Shown piece after piece: positions 50,736 to 60,817 of a stretch of DNA of 64,000 bases. The notes below the pieces were generated by a model that saw nothing but the letters and a program-made list of their open reading frames with translations, was not told where the DNA came from and made no database searches. Origin of the DNA: an uncultured candidatus Porisulfidus sp. (GTDB lineage Bacteria; Pseudomonadota; Gammaproteobacteria; Poriferisulfidales; Poriferisulfidaceae). The first letter of the stretch is position 1. Every line of letters starts with the position of its first letter. A program made the translations under genes and the position numbers. The DNA is taken from positions 704,001-768,000 of the forward strand of contig OZ241993.1 in the NCBI GenBank assembly GCA_965204575.1, read 5' to 3'.

Positions 50736-51734
50736 ATGCTGAAAGTCCTGGATCACTTGCCGCCGGGATTGGCAGACTGCCCGGCCGAAGGCCTGGAAGA
50801 AGTTCTTGGTGGACCAACCCTGCTGCATTTGCCTGGGGAGCGTCCCGATCCGCTGTTTCTGTCAGTCTTGCTTCACGGCAACGAAATTGCAGGCTGGGAG
50901 GCGGTGCGCGGAATCCTCAGGGATTTCTCCGAAGCGCGTCTGCCGCGTTCGCTATCCGTCCTGATCGGCAATGTCAAGGCAGCCCGTCTCGGCTTGCGCC
51001 GTCTTGACGGCCAGCAGGACTACAACCGGGTCTGGGATGGCGGCGACAGTCCGGAACATCGCATGGCACGCCAAGTGGTGGAGGAGATGCGCCGTCGCAG
51101 TCCGATCGCCAGCATCGACGTGCACAACACGACTGGCCCGAACCCACACTATGCCTGCGTCAATTGGCTGGATGGGCGCTCGCTGTACCTAGCGCAGCGA
51201 TTTTCCAGGACCGCGGTGTATTTTCGGGCCCTGCTCGGGATGCAGTCGATGGCGTTCAGCGACTTGTGCCCATCCATAACCATCGAATGCGGCCTGCCGG
51301 AGAGCCCGGAGGGCATCGTCCATGCCAAGGCGTATCTGGAGCAGCGATTGTTCGAGGAATCCATTCCGGATCATCTGCCAGTCGCAGACGAGTTGGAGTT
51401 GTTCCACACCCGGGCCCGGGTACGGATTCCCGAAGGCCTGTCATTCAGTTTTCAGCATCAGGATGCCGATTTCTACATGCCGGAGGAACTGGTGGAGCAG
51501 AATTTTCGGGAATTGCCCGAAGGAACGGCTTTCGGGATGTGGGGAGATGGGGTCGATCCGCGCCTGAAAGTTCAGGATGAAGAAGGGAAAGATGTCTTCG
51601 ACATGTATTTTGAGAACCGGGGTCGGCAATTGATGGTTCGGCAACCGTTTTTCCTATCGATGTTGACGACACGGGAGAAGATCGTGGAGCAGGATTGCTT
51701 GTGCTACCTCATGGAGAAGATGACCCATTACTGA
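50736..51734 (+). CDS. Succinylglutamate desuccinylase/aspartoacylase (M14-like metallohydrolase)
   Basis: LHGNE, DYNR, IDVHN and TIECG zinc/catalytic motifs. Confidence 0.85.
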   Translation: MLKVLDHLPPGLADCPAEGLEEVLGGPTLLHLPGERPDPLFLSVLLHGNEIAGWEAVRGILRDFSEARLPRSLSVLIGNVKAARLGLRRLDGQQDYNRVWDGGDSPEHRMARQVVEEMRRRSPIASIDVHNTTGPNPHYACVNWLDGRSLYLAQRFSRTAVYFRALLGMQSMAFSDLCPSITIECGLPESPEGIVHAKAYLEQRLFEESIPDHLPVADELELFHTRARVRIPEGLSFSFQHQDADFYMPEELVEQNFRELPEGTAFGMWGDGVDPRLKVQDEEGKDVFDMYFENRGRQLMVRQPFFLSMLTTREKIVEQDCLCYLMEKMTHY

Positions 51735-51746
51735 AAGGCTGTATTG

Positions 51747-51808
51747 TTGACCTAATCATAATTATTATTATAATAGTAGTTATATGTAAATTATTGCAGT
51801 AACTACTA
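51747..51808 (+). promoter_or_regulatory. Sigma70-type promoter and inverted-repeat operator for hipBA
   Basis: TTGACC (51747-51752), 16-nt spacer, TATAAT (51769-51774). TAGTAGTTA (51774-51782) and TAACTACTA (51800-51808) form a perfect inverted repeat. Confidence 0.7.
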
Positions 51809-51810
51809 CT

Positions 51811-52119
51811 ATGGAATATCTTTTTACCCTATCAAAAGCACGACAAGACCTTGCCCGACATGTCAAGGCAAGGCGTCTGGCCATGGGACTGACGCAGCAA
51901 GGCTTGGCGGATCGCTCCGGGGTGAAATTGGCCACGTTGCGCAAGTTCGAGCAGAAAGGGGCGATTTCTCTGGAGTCTTTTCTCAAGTTGCTGATGGTTC
52001 TCGGCGGTTTGGATCTCGTGGTCGAAGCGGTAAAGCCGGGGCAGGCTAGGTTCTCCTCCATTGACGAGGTGCTGGAAAAAGCCGAAAAGAAAATGCCTCA
52101 AAGGGGATGGCGTACATGA
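51811..52119 (+). CDS. XRE-family HTH antitoxin (HipB-like)
   Basis: RRLAMGLTQQGLADRSGVKLATLRKFE helix-turn-helix; directly upstream of and overlapping hipA. Confidence 0.88.
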   Translation: MEYLFTLSKARQDLARHVKARRLAMGLTQQGLADRSGVKLATLRKFEQKGAISLESFLKLLMVLGGLDLVVEAVKPGQARFSSIDEVLEKAEKKMPQRGWRT

Positions 52120-53357
52120 GTTCGCCCATCAATAAAATCAAGATTGGCCTTGAGTTGGCGGAGGTGACCCTGCACTTGGGGAGACTCGCATGGCACGATG
52201 GCCGCATCTACTTCGAGTACGACTCGGCCTTTCTGAACGGAGGGTTGGAGATCTCGCCATTCAACCTGCCGCTGCAACCTGGTGTACGGACTTTCGATCC
52301 TCTCTTGTTTGAAGGTCTGCCCGGCGTGTTCAACGACAGCCTCCCGGACGGTTGGGGGCGCCTGCTGCTCGACCGCATGATGATGTCGCGTGGAGTTTTT
52401 CCTGGAGAGATGACCCCGCTGGACCGATTGGCGCATGTAGGGAGAACCGGCATGGGCGCTTTGGTCTATGAACCTGACTTTGGTGATGGCGTGCCAGATC
52501 GTGATATCGACTTAGACCGGATTGCCGCACACGCGCAGGAGGTGCTGGACGGTGAGGCAGAAGAGGTTTTGGAAGAACTGTTAACTCTAAATGGTTCTTC
52601 GGCAGGCGCACGGCCTAAGGTGATGATCGGACTGGATGCGGACCGTCAGGTTGCGATTCACGGTACGCATTCACTGCCGGAGGGTTTCGAGCCGTGGCTG
52701 GTGAAGTTCCCTAACCATGGCGATGGATTGAGCGCCGGAGCCATTGAGTACGTCTATGCTTTGATGGCCAAGGACGCAGGCTTGGACATGACCGATGTCC
52801 ACCTGTTCCCGGCGCAAAAAGGCGCAGGCTATTTCGCAACGAGGCGGTTTGATCGTCGTGGTGGCCATCGCCTTCACGCGCATAGTGCCTGCGGCTTGTT
52901 GCATGCTGATCCTAGGGTGCCGTCACTGGATTACAAGGGCTTGATGGCGCTGACAATGGCCCTGACGCATGATATTCGGGAGACAGAAAAAATGTTCCGC
53001 TTGGCCGTGTTCAACGTCTTGGCCCACAATCAGGATGATCACTCCAAGAATTTTAGTTTCCTGATGGATGCGGAGGGGAATTGGACGTTTGCCCCGGCTT
53101 ACGACTTGACTTTCGCCTCCGGCCCGGGCGGAGAACAAAGCACTATGGTCATGGGCGAGGGAAAAAATCCAAGCATCGAACACCTGATCCAGTTGGGTCT
53201 GGAGGGGGAACTGCCCCGTCCCCGTATCAATGACACGATCGAGCAGGTGAAAGATTCATTGAGCCAGTGGCGAAAGCTCGCTAAAGAGTACGGGGTCGTA
53301 CAAGAAAGGCTCGATCTGATTGCCAAACGACTGGAAAGCCATCTGCGAGTGCCGTGA
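52116..53357 (+). CDS. hipA: HipA-family toxin kinase
   Basis: DSLPDGWG, SSAGARPK, WLVKF, RRFDR, NQDDHSKNFSF and APAYDL. ATGA overlap (alternative start 52107). Confidence 0.92.
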   Translation: MSSPINKIKIGLELAEVTLHLGRLAWHDGRIYFEYDSAFLNGGLEISPFNLPLQPGVRTFDPLLFEGLPGVFNDSLPDGWGRLLLDRMMMSRGVFPGEMTPLDRLAHVGRTGMGALVYEPDFGDGVPDRDIDLDRIAAHAQEVLDGEAEEVLEELLTLNGSSAGARPKVMIGLDADRQVAIHGTHSLPEGFEPWLVKFPNHGDGLSAGAIEYVYALMAKDAGLDMTDVHLFPAQKGAGYFATRRFDRRGGHRLHAHSACGLLHADPRVPSLDYKGLMALTMALTHDIRETEKMFRLAVFNVLAHNQDDHSKNFSFLMDAEGNWTFAPAYDLTFASGPGGEQSTMVMGEGKNPSIEHLIQLGLEGELPRPRINDTIEQVKDSLSQWRKLAKEYGVVQERLDLIAKRLESHLRVP

Positions 53358-53375
53358 GGCATCACCATACGACTT

Positions 53376-56333
53376 TCAGAATTCCATGCTCGCGCCCATG
53401 AACAGGTAGCGCCCCAGGGCATCGTAGGTACCAGGGAAGACATTGCCGTTCCCAAGCCGGGACGGTCCTGCCGGGTTGCCCGCGACGGGTGGGGACTTGT
53501 CCAGCAGATTGTTGGCTCCGAACCGAATCTTCGCGTCGTTCGTGATTTGCCAGGTGACAGCCAGATCCAGATAGTTCATTTTCCGCAAGTCGACCAGGCT
53601 CTCTCCATCGCCGTCGACCCGGTTGATGTGACGCCACATGAGGCTCGCCGTGACGTCCCATGGAGAATTCCAGGTCGCGCGCAGCCGGTTCTGCAGATCC
53701 GGGATCGGGGGGCCGCAGGTCCAGTTCCCGGCGCAACTCTTCGTCGGCGCACCCTCAAGTTCTTGCAGGTCCCAGGAATCGATGTACGACAGGACGTTGC
53801 TGAACGACAGGTCGCCCCACACCCCGATGTCGACGGCATAGTCGACCACGAGATCCAAGCCTTCCACTTCCTCGCCCGGCAGGTTGGACTTGTGCGAGAC
53901 GACATGACCGCTGGTTTCGATGTCGGAACCGATCCACAGATCCCCGTTCCGGCCCCGATTGATCCGCTCGCACAGGGGCTGGTTGCCGGCAAGGCACTGC
54001 TTGATAACCTCTTCGGGGTCCGGGAAGCGGATACCCTGCTCAATCTGGATGCTGTAGTAGTCCGCCGTAAGAGACAGACCGTCAACGGCTTCGGGCGTGA
54101 ACACGATGCCGATCGACCAGGTTTTCGCGACTTCCGGCGACAGATCGGGGTTGCCACCCTGCAGTGCGTTGTACTGCGCGGCAGGCGAATGCTCGATCTT
54201 GCCCCATTGATCCTCGGTCACGCCCGACAACTGGCATTGCTCGAAGGTGTAACCCAACCCGGTTTTGCCGTCCGTGATTTCTCCCGCACACGGATCTCCC
54301 CCGATCTCGAACAGGGTAAATCTTTCCGGCAGGAAGAATTCCTGCACGTTCGGGCCGCGGACCGCCCGCTGATAGCTGCTGCGGACTCTGACGTTTGAAT
54401 CGATCTGCCAGCCGAGGCGGAACGCGTAGGTATGCGTTGTCTCGTCGTAGTCGTAGTCGGAGTAACGGTAGGCCGCGTCGAGCAGCAGTTCCTCGGCGTA
54501 TGTTTCCCCTTCGATCAGGGGGATGCTGGCCTCTGCGAAAAACTCGGCCACGTCGTAGCTGCCGCTGACGGGTTGGGTGGCTCCGCCCTGGCCGGAGCCG
54601 TCGCCGGTCCGGAACCCTTCGTCGGGATTGAAGTCAAGGATTTCCTTTCGATATTCACCGCCCAGCACGATGCTGACGGCGTTATCGGCGAGCGGAAACC
54701 GGATGTCGTGCTTATCCAGGTCGCCGGCAATGAAAGCGGAGGCCACGATCTGTTCGGTTGAACCTTGGGCGCGTAGGGGTTTGGCCAAGTACTCGACCAT
54801 CTCCGGGGTCACTGCCCCGGTCTTGAGAATGTTCCAGGGGACGCAGTCCGGGTCCTCCACCGCCCCGTCGGCATCCGGCAAAGTGGCCCGGCACACGATC
54901 TCGCTGTTCGGGTCGTCCGGATCCTTGCGCACGGCGTCGAGTGCGCGCCTGATCCGGGTAATGGAAAGGTCGTTGCGATAGGTGTTCCGCATTTCCACTT
55001 TCGCGTACTGGACGAACGCGTCATAGCGCCATAAATCGCTGAGATCCCCGCGTAGGCCCAGAACGCCCCGGTAACTGGCATGGCGCAATTCGTGCATCCG
55101 GTTGCCGCCTTCCACGTTGCGGCGGCCGATATAGACGACCTGCGTATCATCCGGGGTCAGGCCCTGGGAGCCGCAAATGGCTTCGAATTGTTGCTCTGAC
55201 AGAAACGGGTGGCCGCAGCTCAGTTCATTGGTGTGGAAGAAATTTCCGGAAGGTGCGATTTGTGCCGTGGAACGGTCGTTCATGTACATGAATTCGGCAT
55301 AGGCTTTCGCTCGTTCGTTGACGTCGTAGTGGGCGAAGGCGCCGAAGGTGTACCGTTCGTCGGGCCGCTGGAAAAAGTTGGCCGGGCCGTAGTTGTAGGT
55401 GACGCCCTGGCGGTCTACGAATTGATCGCCTTGCACGATATAGTCGAAAGGGTTGTCCGTTTCCTGGAAGTCGGTGAATCTTCCCTGCGGGATGGTGGAG
55501 GATCCCAGGCACGCGCTCAGGTCGTCGTTGAATGCGCAGGAACTGTAGTCGCGCGCCCCTTGGAGGACCGGGTCGATTTCGCGATAGGTCGCATAGGTGG
55601 TGAGGTTGCCGCGTCCGTTGGGGGCGCCGAAGCCGGCAATCAGGGAGAACTCGGAGATTTCCCCGTCCGTTTCGTAGCCGCTGGCGACCGGGTAGCCGGC
55701 CTTGGTGACGATTTCCTGCCACCGGCGGTTGTCGTTGTCGTGGTTGTATTGACTGTACTGGACGTCCAGGCGCACGCCCTCGAAATCATCCATCAGCAGG
55801 AAGTTGACGACGCCGGCCACGGCATCGGAGCCGTAAGTGGCGGAAGCCCCGCCGGTCAGGATTTCCACCTGCTTGATCAGCGCGCCGGGAATCTGGTTGA
55901 TGTCCGGCGCGATGCCTCCTATCAAGGGCGAGCCAGCCGGCATGCGGCGGCCGTTGACCAGCACCAGCGTGCGTTCGGTGCCCAGACTGCGCAGGTCCAC
56001 GGTCGCGGTGCCGGTGGAACTGTTCGATTGCCCCGCACTTTGGGAGGCGAACACTTGCGGGTATGAGCGCAGCATGTCCTCGACGCGGACCGCGCCCTGG
56101 AACTCGATCTCTTCCGCCTGGATCTGGGTGATGGGGCTGGAGCCGATCAGGTCGTCTCTCTGGATTCGCGAACCGGTGACCGTGATTTCCTCGACGCCCT
56201 CGGCGTCATCCTGCGCCTGAGCGCTCGATATGGCGAACAGGGTGAGGCCGAGGCCGAGGGCAAAAAGAAGGGTCGCCCGCGTGCCGGAGAACGGAAAGTT
56301 CAATGGCGAAAGGTCCTCGCAAGACGCGATCAT
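53376..56333 (-). CDS. Large TonB-dependent receptor
   Basis: Signal peptide ending AQA-Q, EEITVTGSRI, RTLVLVNGRR, GGASATYGSDAVAGVVNF, YDALGR and terminal Phe. Confidence 0.94.
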   Translation of the reverse strand: MIASCEDLSPLNFPFSGTRATLLFALGLGLTLFAISSAQAQDDAEGVEEITVTGSRIQRDDLIGSSPITQIQAEEIEFQGAVRVEDMLRSYPQVFASQSAGQSNSSTGTATVDLRSLGTERTLVLVNGRRMPAGSPLIGGIAPDINQIPGALIKQVEILTGGASATYGSDAVAGVVNFLLMDDFEGVRLDVQYSQYNHDNDNRRWQEIVTKAGYPVASGYETDGEISEFSLIAGFGAPNGRGNLTTYATYREIDPVLQGARDYSSCAFNDDLSACLGSSTIPQGRFTDFQETDNPFDYIVQGDQFVDRQGVTYNYGPANFFQRPDERYTFGAFAHYDVNERAKAYAEFMYMNDRSTAQIAPSGNFFHTNELSCGHPFLSEQQFEAICGSQGLTPDDTQVVYIGRRNVEGGNRMHELRHASYRGVLGLRGDLSDLWRYDAFVQYAKVEMRNTYRNDLSITRIRRALDAVRKDPDDPNSEIVCRATLPDADGAVEDPDCVPWNILKTGAVTPEMVEYLAKPLRAQGSTEQIVASAFIAGDLDKHDIRFPLADNAVSIVLGGEYRKEILDFNPDEGFRTGDGSGQGGATQPVSGSYDVAEFFAEASIPLIEGETYAEELLLDAAYRYSDYDYDETTHTYAFRLGWQIDSNVRVRSSYQRAVRGPNVQEFFLPERFTLFEIGGDPCAGEITDGKTGLGYTFEQCQLSGVTEDQWGKIEHSPAAQYNALQGGNPDLSPEVAKTWSIGIVFTPEAVDGLSLTADYYSIQIEQGIRFPDPEEVIKQCLAGNQPLCERINRGRNGDLWIGSDIETSGHVVSHKSNLPGEEVEGLDLVVDYAVDIGVWGDLSFSNVLSYIDSWDLQELEGAPTKSCAGNWTCGPPIPDLQNRLRATWNSPWDVTASLMWRHINRVDGDGESLVDLRKMNYLDLAVTWQITNDAKIRFGANNLLDKSPPVAGNPAGPSRLGNGNVFPGTYDALGRYLFMGASMEF

Positions 56334-56351
56334 ATGATTAACATTTCCTGT

Positions 56352-56804
56352 TTACCGGTTTTCGGAATCCTTGCGCGGGGGCTCGACTTCCCCTTCGATG
56401 ATGCGTCCGGACTCATTCGAGTCAGGGGGCTCGGGGGGTTGGCGCGGCGCGGCGGGAGCTTTCAGCAGCCTGAGCAAAAACGAATGAAGCCCCGGCAGGA
56501 TCAGCAGGGCGGCGCCAAAGCCGTCGGTGATGAAACCCGGCAGGATCAGCAGGATTCCCCCGACCGTGACGCGGGCGCTTCGAAACAGGGCCAGGCTGAA
56601 GTCGGGGCGTGCGCCCCCGGTCGCCTGCTGGAACAGCGAGTGCATCGTCACTTCCTGGTTGTGCCGGATCAGCGCGACTCCGAGAATCGCGGTCGCGACC
56701 TCGAACCAGAACACCCCCCAGCCCCAGCCGTGTTCGACGGCGGCCATCACCATCAGGAACAGTTCCAGGAAGAAGAACAGGACGAAGAACGCGAAAATCG
56801 GCAT
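56352..56804 (-). CDS. fxsA: FxsA-family membrane protein
   Basis: GGILLILPGFITDGFG and C-terminal IIEGE. Confidence 0.85.
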   Translation of the reverse strand: MPIFAFFVLFFFLELFLMVMAAVEHGWGWGVFWFEVATAILGVALIRHNQEVTMHSLFQQATGGARPDFSLALFRSARVTVGGILLILPGFITDGFGAALLILPGLHSFLLRLLKAPAAPRQPPEPPDSNESGRIIEGEVEPPRKDSENR

Positions 56805-56807
56805 GAG

Positions 56808-57788
56808 TCAGGGCATGTGAGCTTCGATCAGGCCCGCCAGGGCGTGCACATAGTCGGCATCGTCGTTGAGAGCGGGAATATACTGGAAAACCTCTCCGCC
56901 TGCCGCGCGGAACACGTTTTGGTTTTCCTGTTCGATCTCCTCCAGGGTCTCCAGGCAGTCGGCAGAGAAGCCGGGGCAGAACACATCGACGGAGCGAATG
57001 CCGGTTTCGGGCAGTTTTCTTAATGTTTCGTCGGTGTAGGGGGTCAACCATTCCTTGGGCCCGAACCGCGACTGGAACGTGATGCACCATTGGTCCCATT
57101 GCAGACCCAGAATCCGGGCGATTTCGCAGGCGCTTTCGTGGCATTGCCGGTCGTAGGGATCACCTTGTTCGATGGATTCCTTGGGCAGGCCATGGAAGGA
57201 GAGGACCAGTTTTTCTCCGGCGCCGCGTTGCGCCCGGAAGTTGTGGATCTGTGCGGCGCAGGCGTTGAGGTAGGCGCGATCATGCGCATAGTGTTCGATG
57301 AAACGAATCCCGGGGGCATTGCCCCGGTGATTCAGGGCGTGGATCAGCGCATCGCGGGTGGAAGCCGTGGTGGCGTTCGAGAATTGCGGGTAGAGAGGCA
57401 GGACGATCAGGGTGTCAACCGCGCCCAGCTCGTCGAGCGCCTGTGCGATGGAAGGGCGGCCGTAGCGCATTCCCAAGACGACCGGCACCGCATGCCCGCG
57501 CTGGTTCAACTCTTTCTGCAATGCATCGCGCTGGCGCCGGCTGTAGACCAGCAGCGGCGAGCCCTCCTCCATCCAGATCTTCTGGTACAGCCGGGCGCTG
57601 CGCCGGGGGCGGATGCGCAGGATGATGCCGTGCAGGATCGGTTTCCAGAGCAGCGGGGACAGCGCAATCACGCGGCGGTCCGACAGGAACTCCGCCAGGT
57701 AGCGGCGAACCGCCCGCGGGGTGGGTTCGTCTGGAGTTCCGAGATTGGAGATCAGGACCCCGGTACGGGATCCCGGCGATTCCGTCAC
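56808..57788 (-). CDS. hemH: Ferrochelatase
   Basis: NLGTPD, YLAEFLSD, GSPL, PLYPQFS, SFHGLP, FQSRFG, WLTPYT and DCLETLEE. Confidence 0.96.
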   Translation of the reverse strand: MTESPGSRTGVLISNLGTPDEPTPRAVRRYLAEFLSDRRVIALSPLLWKPILHGIILRIRPRRSARLYQKIWMEEGSPLLVYSRRQRDALQKELNQRGHAVPVVLGMRYGRPSIAQALDELGAVDTLIVLPLYPQFSNATTASTRDALIHALNHRGNAPGIRFIEHYAHDRAYLNACAAQIHNFRAQRGAGEKLVLSFHGLPKESIEQGDPYDRQCHESACEIARILGLQWDQWCITFQSRFGPKEWLTPYTDETLRKLPETGIRSVDVFCPGFSADCLETLEEIEQENQNVFRAAGGEVFQYIPALNDDADYVHALAGLIEAHMP

Positions 57789-58372
57789 TTCGCGATCCGT
57801 TCGCGCAATGGGCTGGTACGGGGGAAGTGGGCGCGCAGGAATTCCATCTGGTCCGCCAGCACTCGACGGCCCTGGAGGTAGATGTACTCGGCGTGAGTCG
57901 GCACGAACGGAACCGCAAGCAACTGCATGCCGGCTTCCTCCGGGGTCCGGCCGGCCTTCTGGTTATTGCACCGCTTGCAGGCGGTGACCACGTTGTTCCA
58001 CTCGTCCATTCCGCCCAGGCTCAGGGGACGGACATGATCGCGGGACAGCTCGCGGCGCTCGAACGGACCGCCACAATAGAGACATAGCCAGGCATCGCGC
58101 TTGAACAAGGTCGGGTTGTTCAGGGGCGGAGTATAGGTCTCGTGCAACAGGCGATTGCGGCCGTAGGTCGAGATGATGGAGTTCAGGGCGAGGATGGTGC
58201 GCCGGCCGGTGACGGCGTTGTATCCGCCGCGCACGCGCAGAATATCTTGGCCACTGACGTAAGCGACCTGCCCCGCATAGTGCAGGCGAACCGCATCCTG
58301 ATAACCGATCCACTCCAGCGGCATTCCGGAGATATCGGTCCGGAGGATTTGCTGTGTCAGGACATCCAACAT
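57785..58372 (-). CDS. HNH endonuclease family protein
   Basis: LFKRD, CLYCG, SRDHV, WNNVVTACKRCNNQK and TPEEA. Coupled to hemH (GTGA). Confidence 0.9.
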   Translation of the reverse strand: MLDVLTQQILRTDISGMPLEWIGYQDAVRLHYAGQVAYVSGQDILRVRGGYNAVTGRRTILALNSIISTYGRNRLLHETYTPPLNNPTLFKRDAWLCLYCGGPFERRELSRDHVRPLSLGGMDEWNNVVTACKRCNNQKAGRTPEEAGMQLLAVPFVPTHAEYIYLQGRRVLADQMEFLRAHFPRTSPLRERIAK

Positions 58373-58559
58373 GGTCGCATCCTATTTTGCGCGCCACTTT
58401 ATACTGATTTGCGCGATTTTACAACCGGATGCGTCAAGCAGGATTGGCTTTTTGGGCGAAGTGATCGGGAGGATTGCCGGTGATTTTGTTCCGAAAATTA
58501 CTTTAACGCTGCTATTGCAGTATCTTTGGCTTACCAAGATTACGGCATGCATTCTATGG

Positions 58560-58787
58560 CTATAATGGCTTCCAACTTCTGGGTGGTTCTGTCCAGTTGA
58601 GATATGGACCTGGGGCGATCAGATGGCGGTCCATTGCTCGGTGGATATTGGGTGCGAGGGCTATCCCGTTCACGGTTCGGTCATCATGCGATTCGGAAAA
58701 GGGGCGGAGATGTGCGGCTTCTATCAGGCTTGTTCCATCGGGCACCAGGAAACGCCAGCCGGTGGCGGCGCACCGATGACCGTAGGC
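58560..58787 (-). pseudogene. Fragment of an HNH endonuclease (restriction-type HNH C-terminus)
   Basis: Frame reads AYGHRCAATG...LIEAAHLRPF...DDRTVNGIALAPNIHRAMDRHLI. No N-terminal part; begins at the Fic gene stop. Confidence 0.75.
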
Positions 58788-60331
58788 TATGGATTGCGCA
58801 CGAACCCCTCGAAGACATCCCGAACAATCCCCTCGAATTTCCAGACCTCGTCGTCGGTCAACGCAGAAAAGAATTTCTCGCGCTTTCCTTTCGATAGAGT
58901 CCCATCGTTCTGACGGATAAAGAGAATGAGGCTCTGGACCAACTGGTCCGGCATGTCGATCATCTCAGAGATTCTGGCCTTGGCCTCATCGTGTCGGCGC
59001 AGGTAGTCGATTTCTTCGGGCAAGTCGTGTTCGACCGCGCGCCGGACGCAGGAATACAGAAATTCCGCGGCATCGGTGCAGTCGTAGTACCGGTAAAGGT
59101 CGTCGGTCTGATTCAGAACCTCGACATTGTGCCTTTCCGTCGGACGCCACTCGATGCAATCCATCAACGGCCCCGTGTGGGCCTGTAGCGTTTCGCGATA
59201 GTCCTCGATTCGGTCCAGCATCACCGACGACACCGGGAAGACCAGGCCCGGAGGAGTATACCCGCGCTCTGCCAGGACATGATGGACCAGGCAGCGGTGC
59301 ACGCGCCCGTTGCCGTCCTGGAACGGGTGCATATAGACGAACCCGAAAGCCGTCGCCGCCGCTTGCAGAACCGGGTCCAACCCGTCGCCGTGCATCCGGT
59401 CGTTGGCCATCAGCATTTTCGAGCAGAGGTCTCCGAGACTCTCCGGGCGCGCGCCGATGAATTCCGGCAGGGGGTCGCCGATGCCGTCGCGTTCGCCCAG
59501 AAACACACCATCCGGGCGTAGCCCCGGGAAGACGAATCTCGTGTCTTCGATCAGGACTCGATGGAGCCGGACAAGCTCTTCGAGCGTGAGCACGTTCCTC
59601 CCGGCCTGGATCACTGCCTGACCCCAGCGGTCCAGCCGGCTGCGGGGCGGACGCTCTCCCTCGATTTCGAAACTGGCGCGACTGTCCGCCAGCAGCAGAA
59701 AGCTTGCGGCTCGTGCCGCCAGGCGCCTGTTGGTGCGCCCGACGATTTCCGCGGCCCTGTCGGCCAGCCCCAATCCGGCAAACTCCTCAAGCCGCCCTGT
59801 CTTGCGGATGGTCGGGCACCAGCCTGGACACCCGAGCAGGTTGTCCCGGACCCTGTGGCGCCTGGAAAGTTTCGCCTTGCCGGTGAAGTAGACCCTGTCG
59901 TCGAGTGCATCCACGCTCGCAATGCCGGGCGCGTCTTCGACGTCCAATGTCTGTCCAGTCAAAAACTCGTAGAAGAACCAGATGCGACGCGGCTGCGTCC
60001 GGGTCGGTGCGGACCTGACATAAGCTTCCAGGTCGGCTTTCGACATTTCATGGAAAATGTGCTTCAGGAGGAGCAGGTCCATCGATTCATGACGCAGTGC
60101 GAACTCCAAGTGATCGATGACCCGGTCGCCGGGATGGTAGCGCTTGTCGAACACCTGAAACCCATGCTCCTGACGTTGGCTTCCGCGCACATGCTTTTCC
60201 GAAATCCTGCTGGACCACCTGACCGGCACGTGGGTCCCGAGCATTTGCGCAAGTGCGGCGAAACCGGCTAGGCGGCTTCCGCTGGGGCCGGACTTCTCTA
60301 GGGAGAGGGACGCGTCCAGATGTAGGCGCAT
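58787..60331 (-). CDS. Fic family protein (long type)
   Basis: Fic motif HPFQDGNGRVHR, plus SRASFEIEGE. Exact start uncertain. Confidence 0.9.
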   Translation of the reverse strand: MRLHLDASLSLEKSGPSGSRLAGFAALAQMLGTHVPVRWSSRISEKHVRGSQRQEHGFQVFDKRYHPGDRVIDHLEFALRHESMDLLLLKHIFHEMSKADLEAYVRSAPTRTQPRRIWFFYEFLTGQTLDVEDAPGIASVDALDDRVYFTGKAKLSRRHRVRDNLLGCPGWCPTIRKTGRLEEFAGLGLADRAAEIVGRTNRRLAARAASFLLLADSRASFEIEGERPPRSRLDRWGQAVIQAGRNVLTLEELVRLHRVLIEDTRFVFPGLRPDGVFLGERDGIGDPLPEFIGARPESLGDLCSKMLMANDRMHGDGLDPVLQAAATAFGFVYMHPFQDGNGRVHRCLVHHVLAERGYTPPGLVFPVSSVMLDRIEDYRETLQAHTGPLMDCIEWRPTERHNVEVLNQTDDLYRYYDCTDAAEFLYSCVRRAVEHDLPEEIDYLRRHDEAKARISEMIDMPDQLVQSLILFIRQNDGTLSKGKREKFFSALTDDEVWKFEGIVRDVFEGFVRNP

Positions 60332-60449
60332 GGGATCGAAATAAGCCTTTGGATGTCGAATTATAATATATTTTCTAAATAATTATAGAAAAAACTATAT
60401 AAATATAGATTCCTATCGATTTTTATTCTTTGCACATCCGGGTACTCAA

Positions 60450-60536
60450 CCGGACATGGAGTAAAGAGCCATAGTGTGAAAATATTTATAGAATAGTGAT
60501 ACATTAATTGTTTATCCGGACATTGAACCGGACATT
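60450..60536 (+). repeat. Three CCGGACAT direct repeats
   Basis: Copies at 60450-60457, 60516-60523 and 60528-60535 in an AT-rich intergenic region. Confidence 0.6.
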
Positions 60537-60817
60537 AATGCGAAAACAAGCGCATTCCGATGCGGAAATCCGATGGACCTTTACCGTTTTGAGCCGCTGC
60601 TCTTTGATTCGGCCTCCAGGCACCGGGGAGAACTGAACGATCAGGTGGTTGACCTCTCACGGATACCGGCGAGCGGCAGGCGCGCAGGATTACCTCCTCG
60701 CTCATCAGCCAAGGAGTCCTTTCGTCCGAGAGCACCCGTGCCCCGCTAAGGGCCACGTTCCTGGCCGCTCTCGCCTCGCGCTGGTTTCCGGGATTGTTTC
60801 CAGACCGCGTGGCGTAG
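60516..60817 (+). pseudogene. Internally deleted remnant of a second Fic-family gene
   Basis: One frame gives ...FEPLLFDSASRHRGELNDQVVDL, and after about 60660 another frame gives TGERQARRITSSLISQGVLSSESTRAPLR...RWFPGLFP-stop. I recognise these as the N- and C-termini of Fic-wHTH proteins; the catalytic core is absent. Confidence 0.7.
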
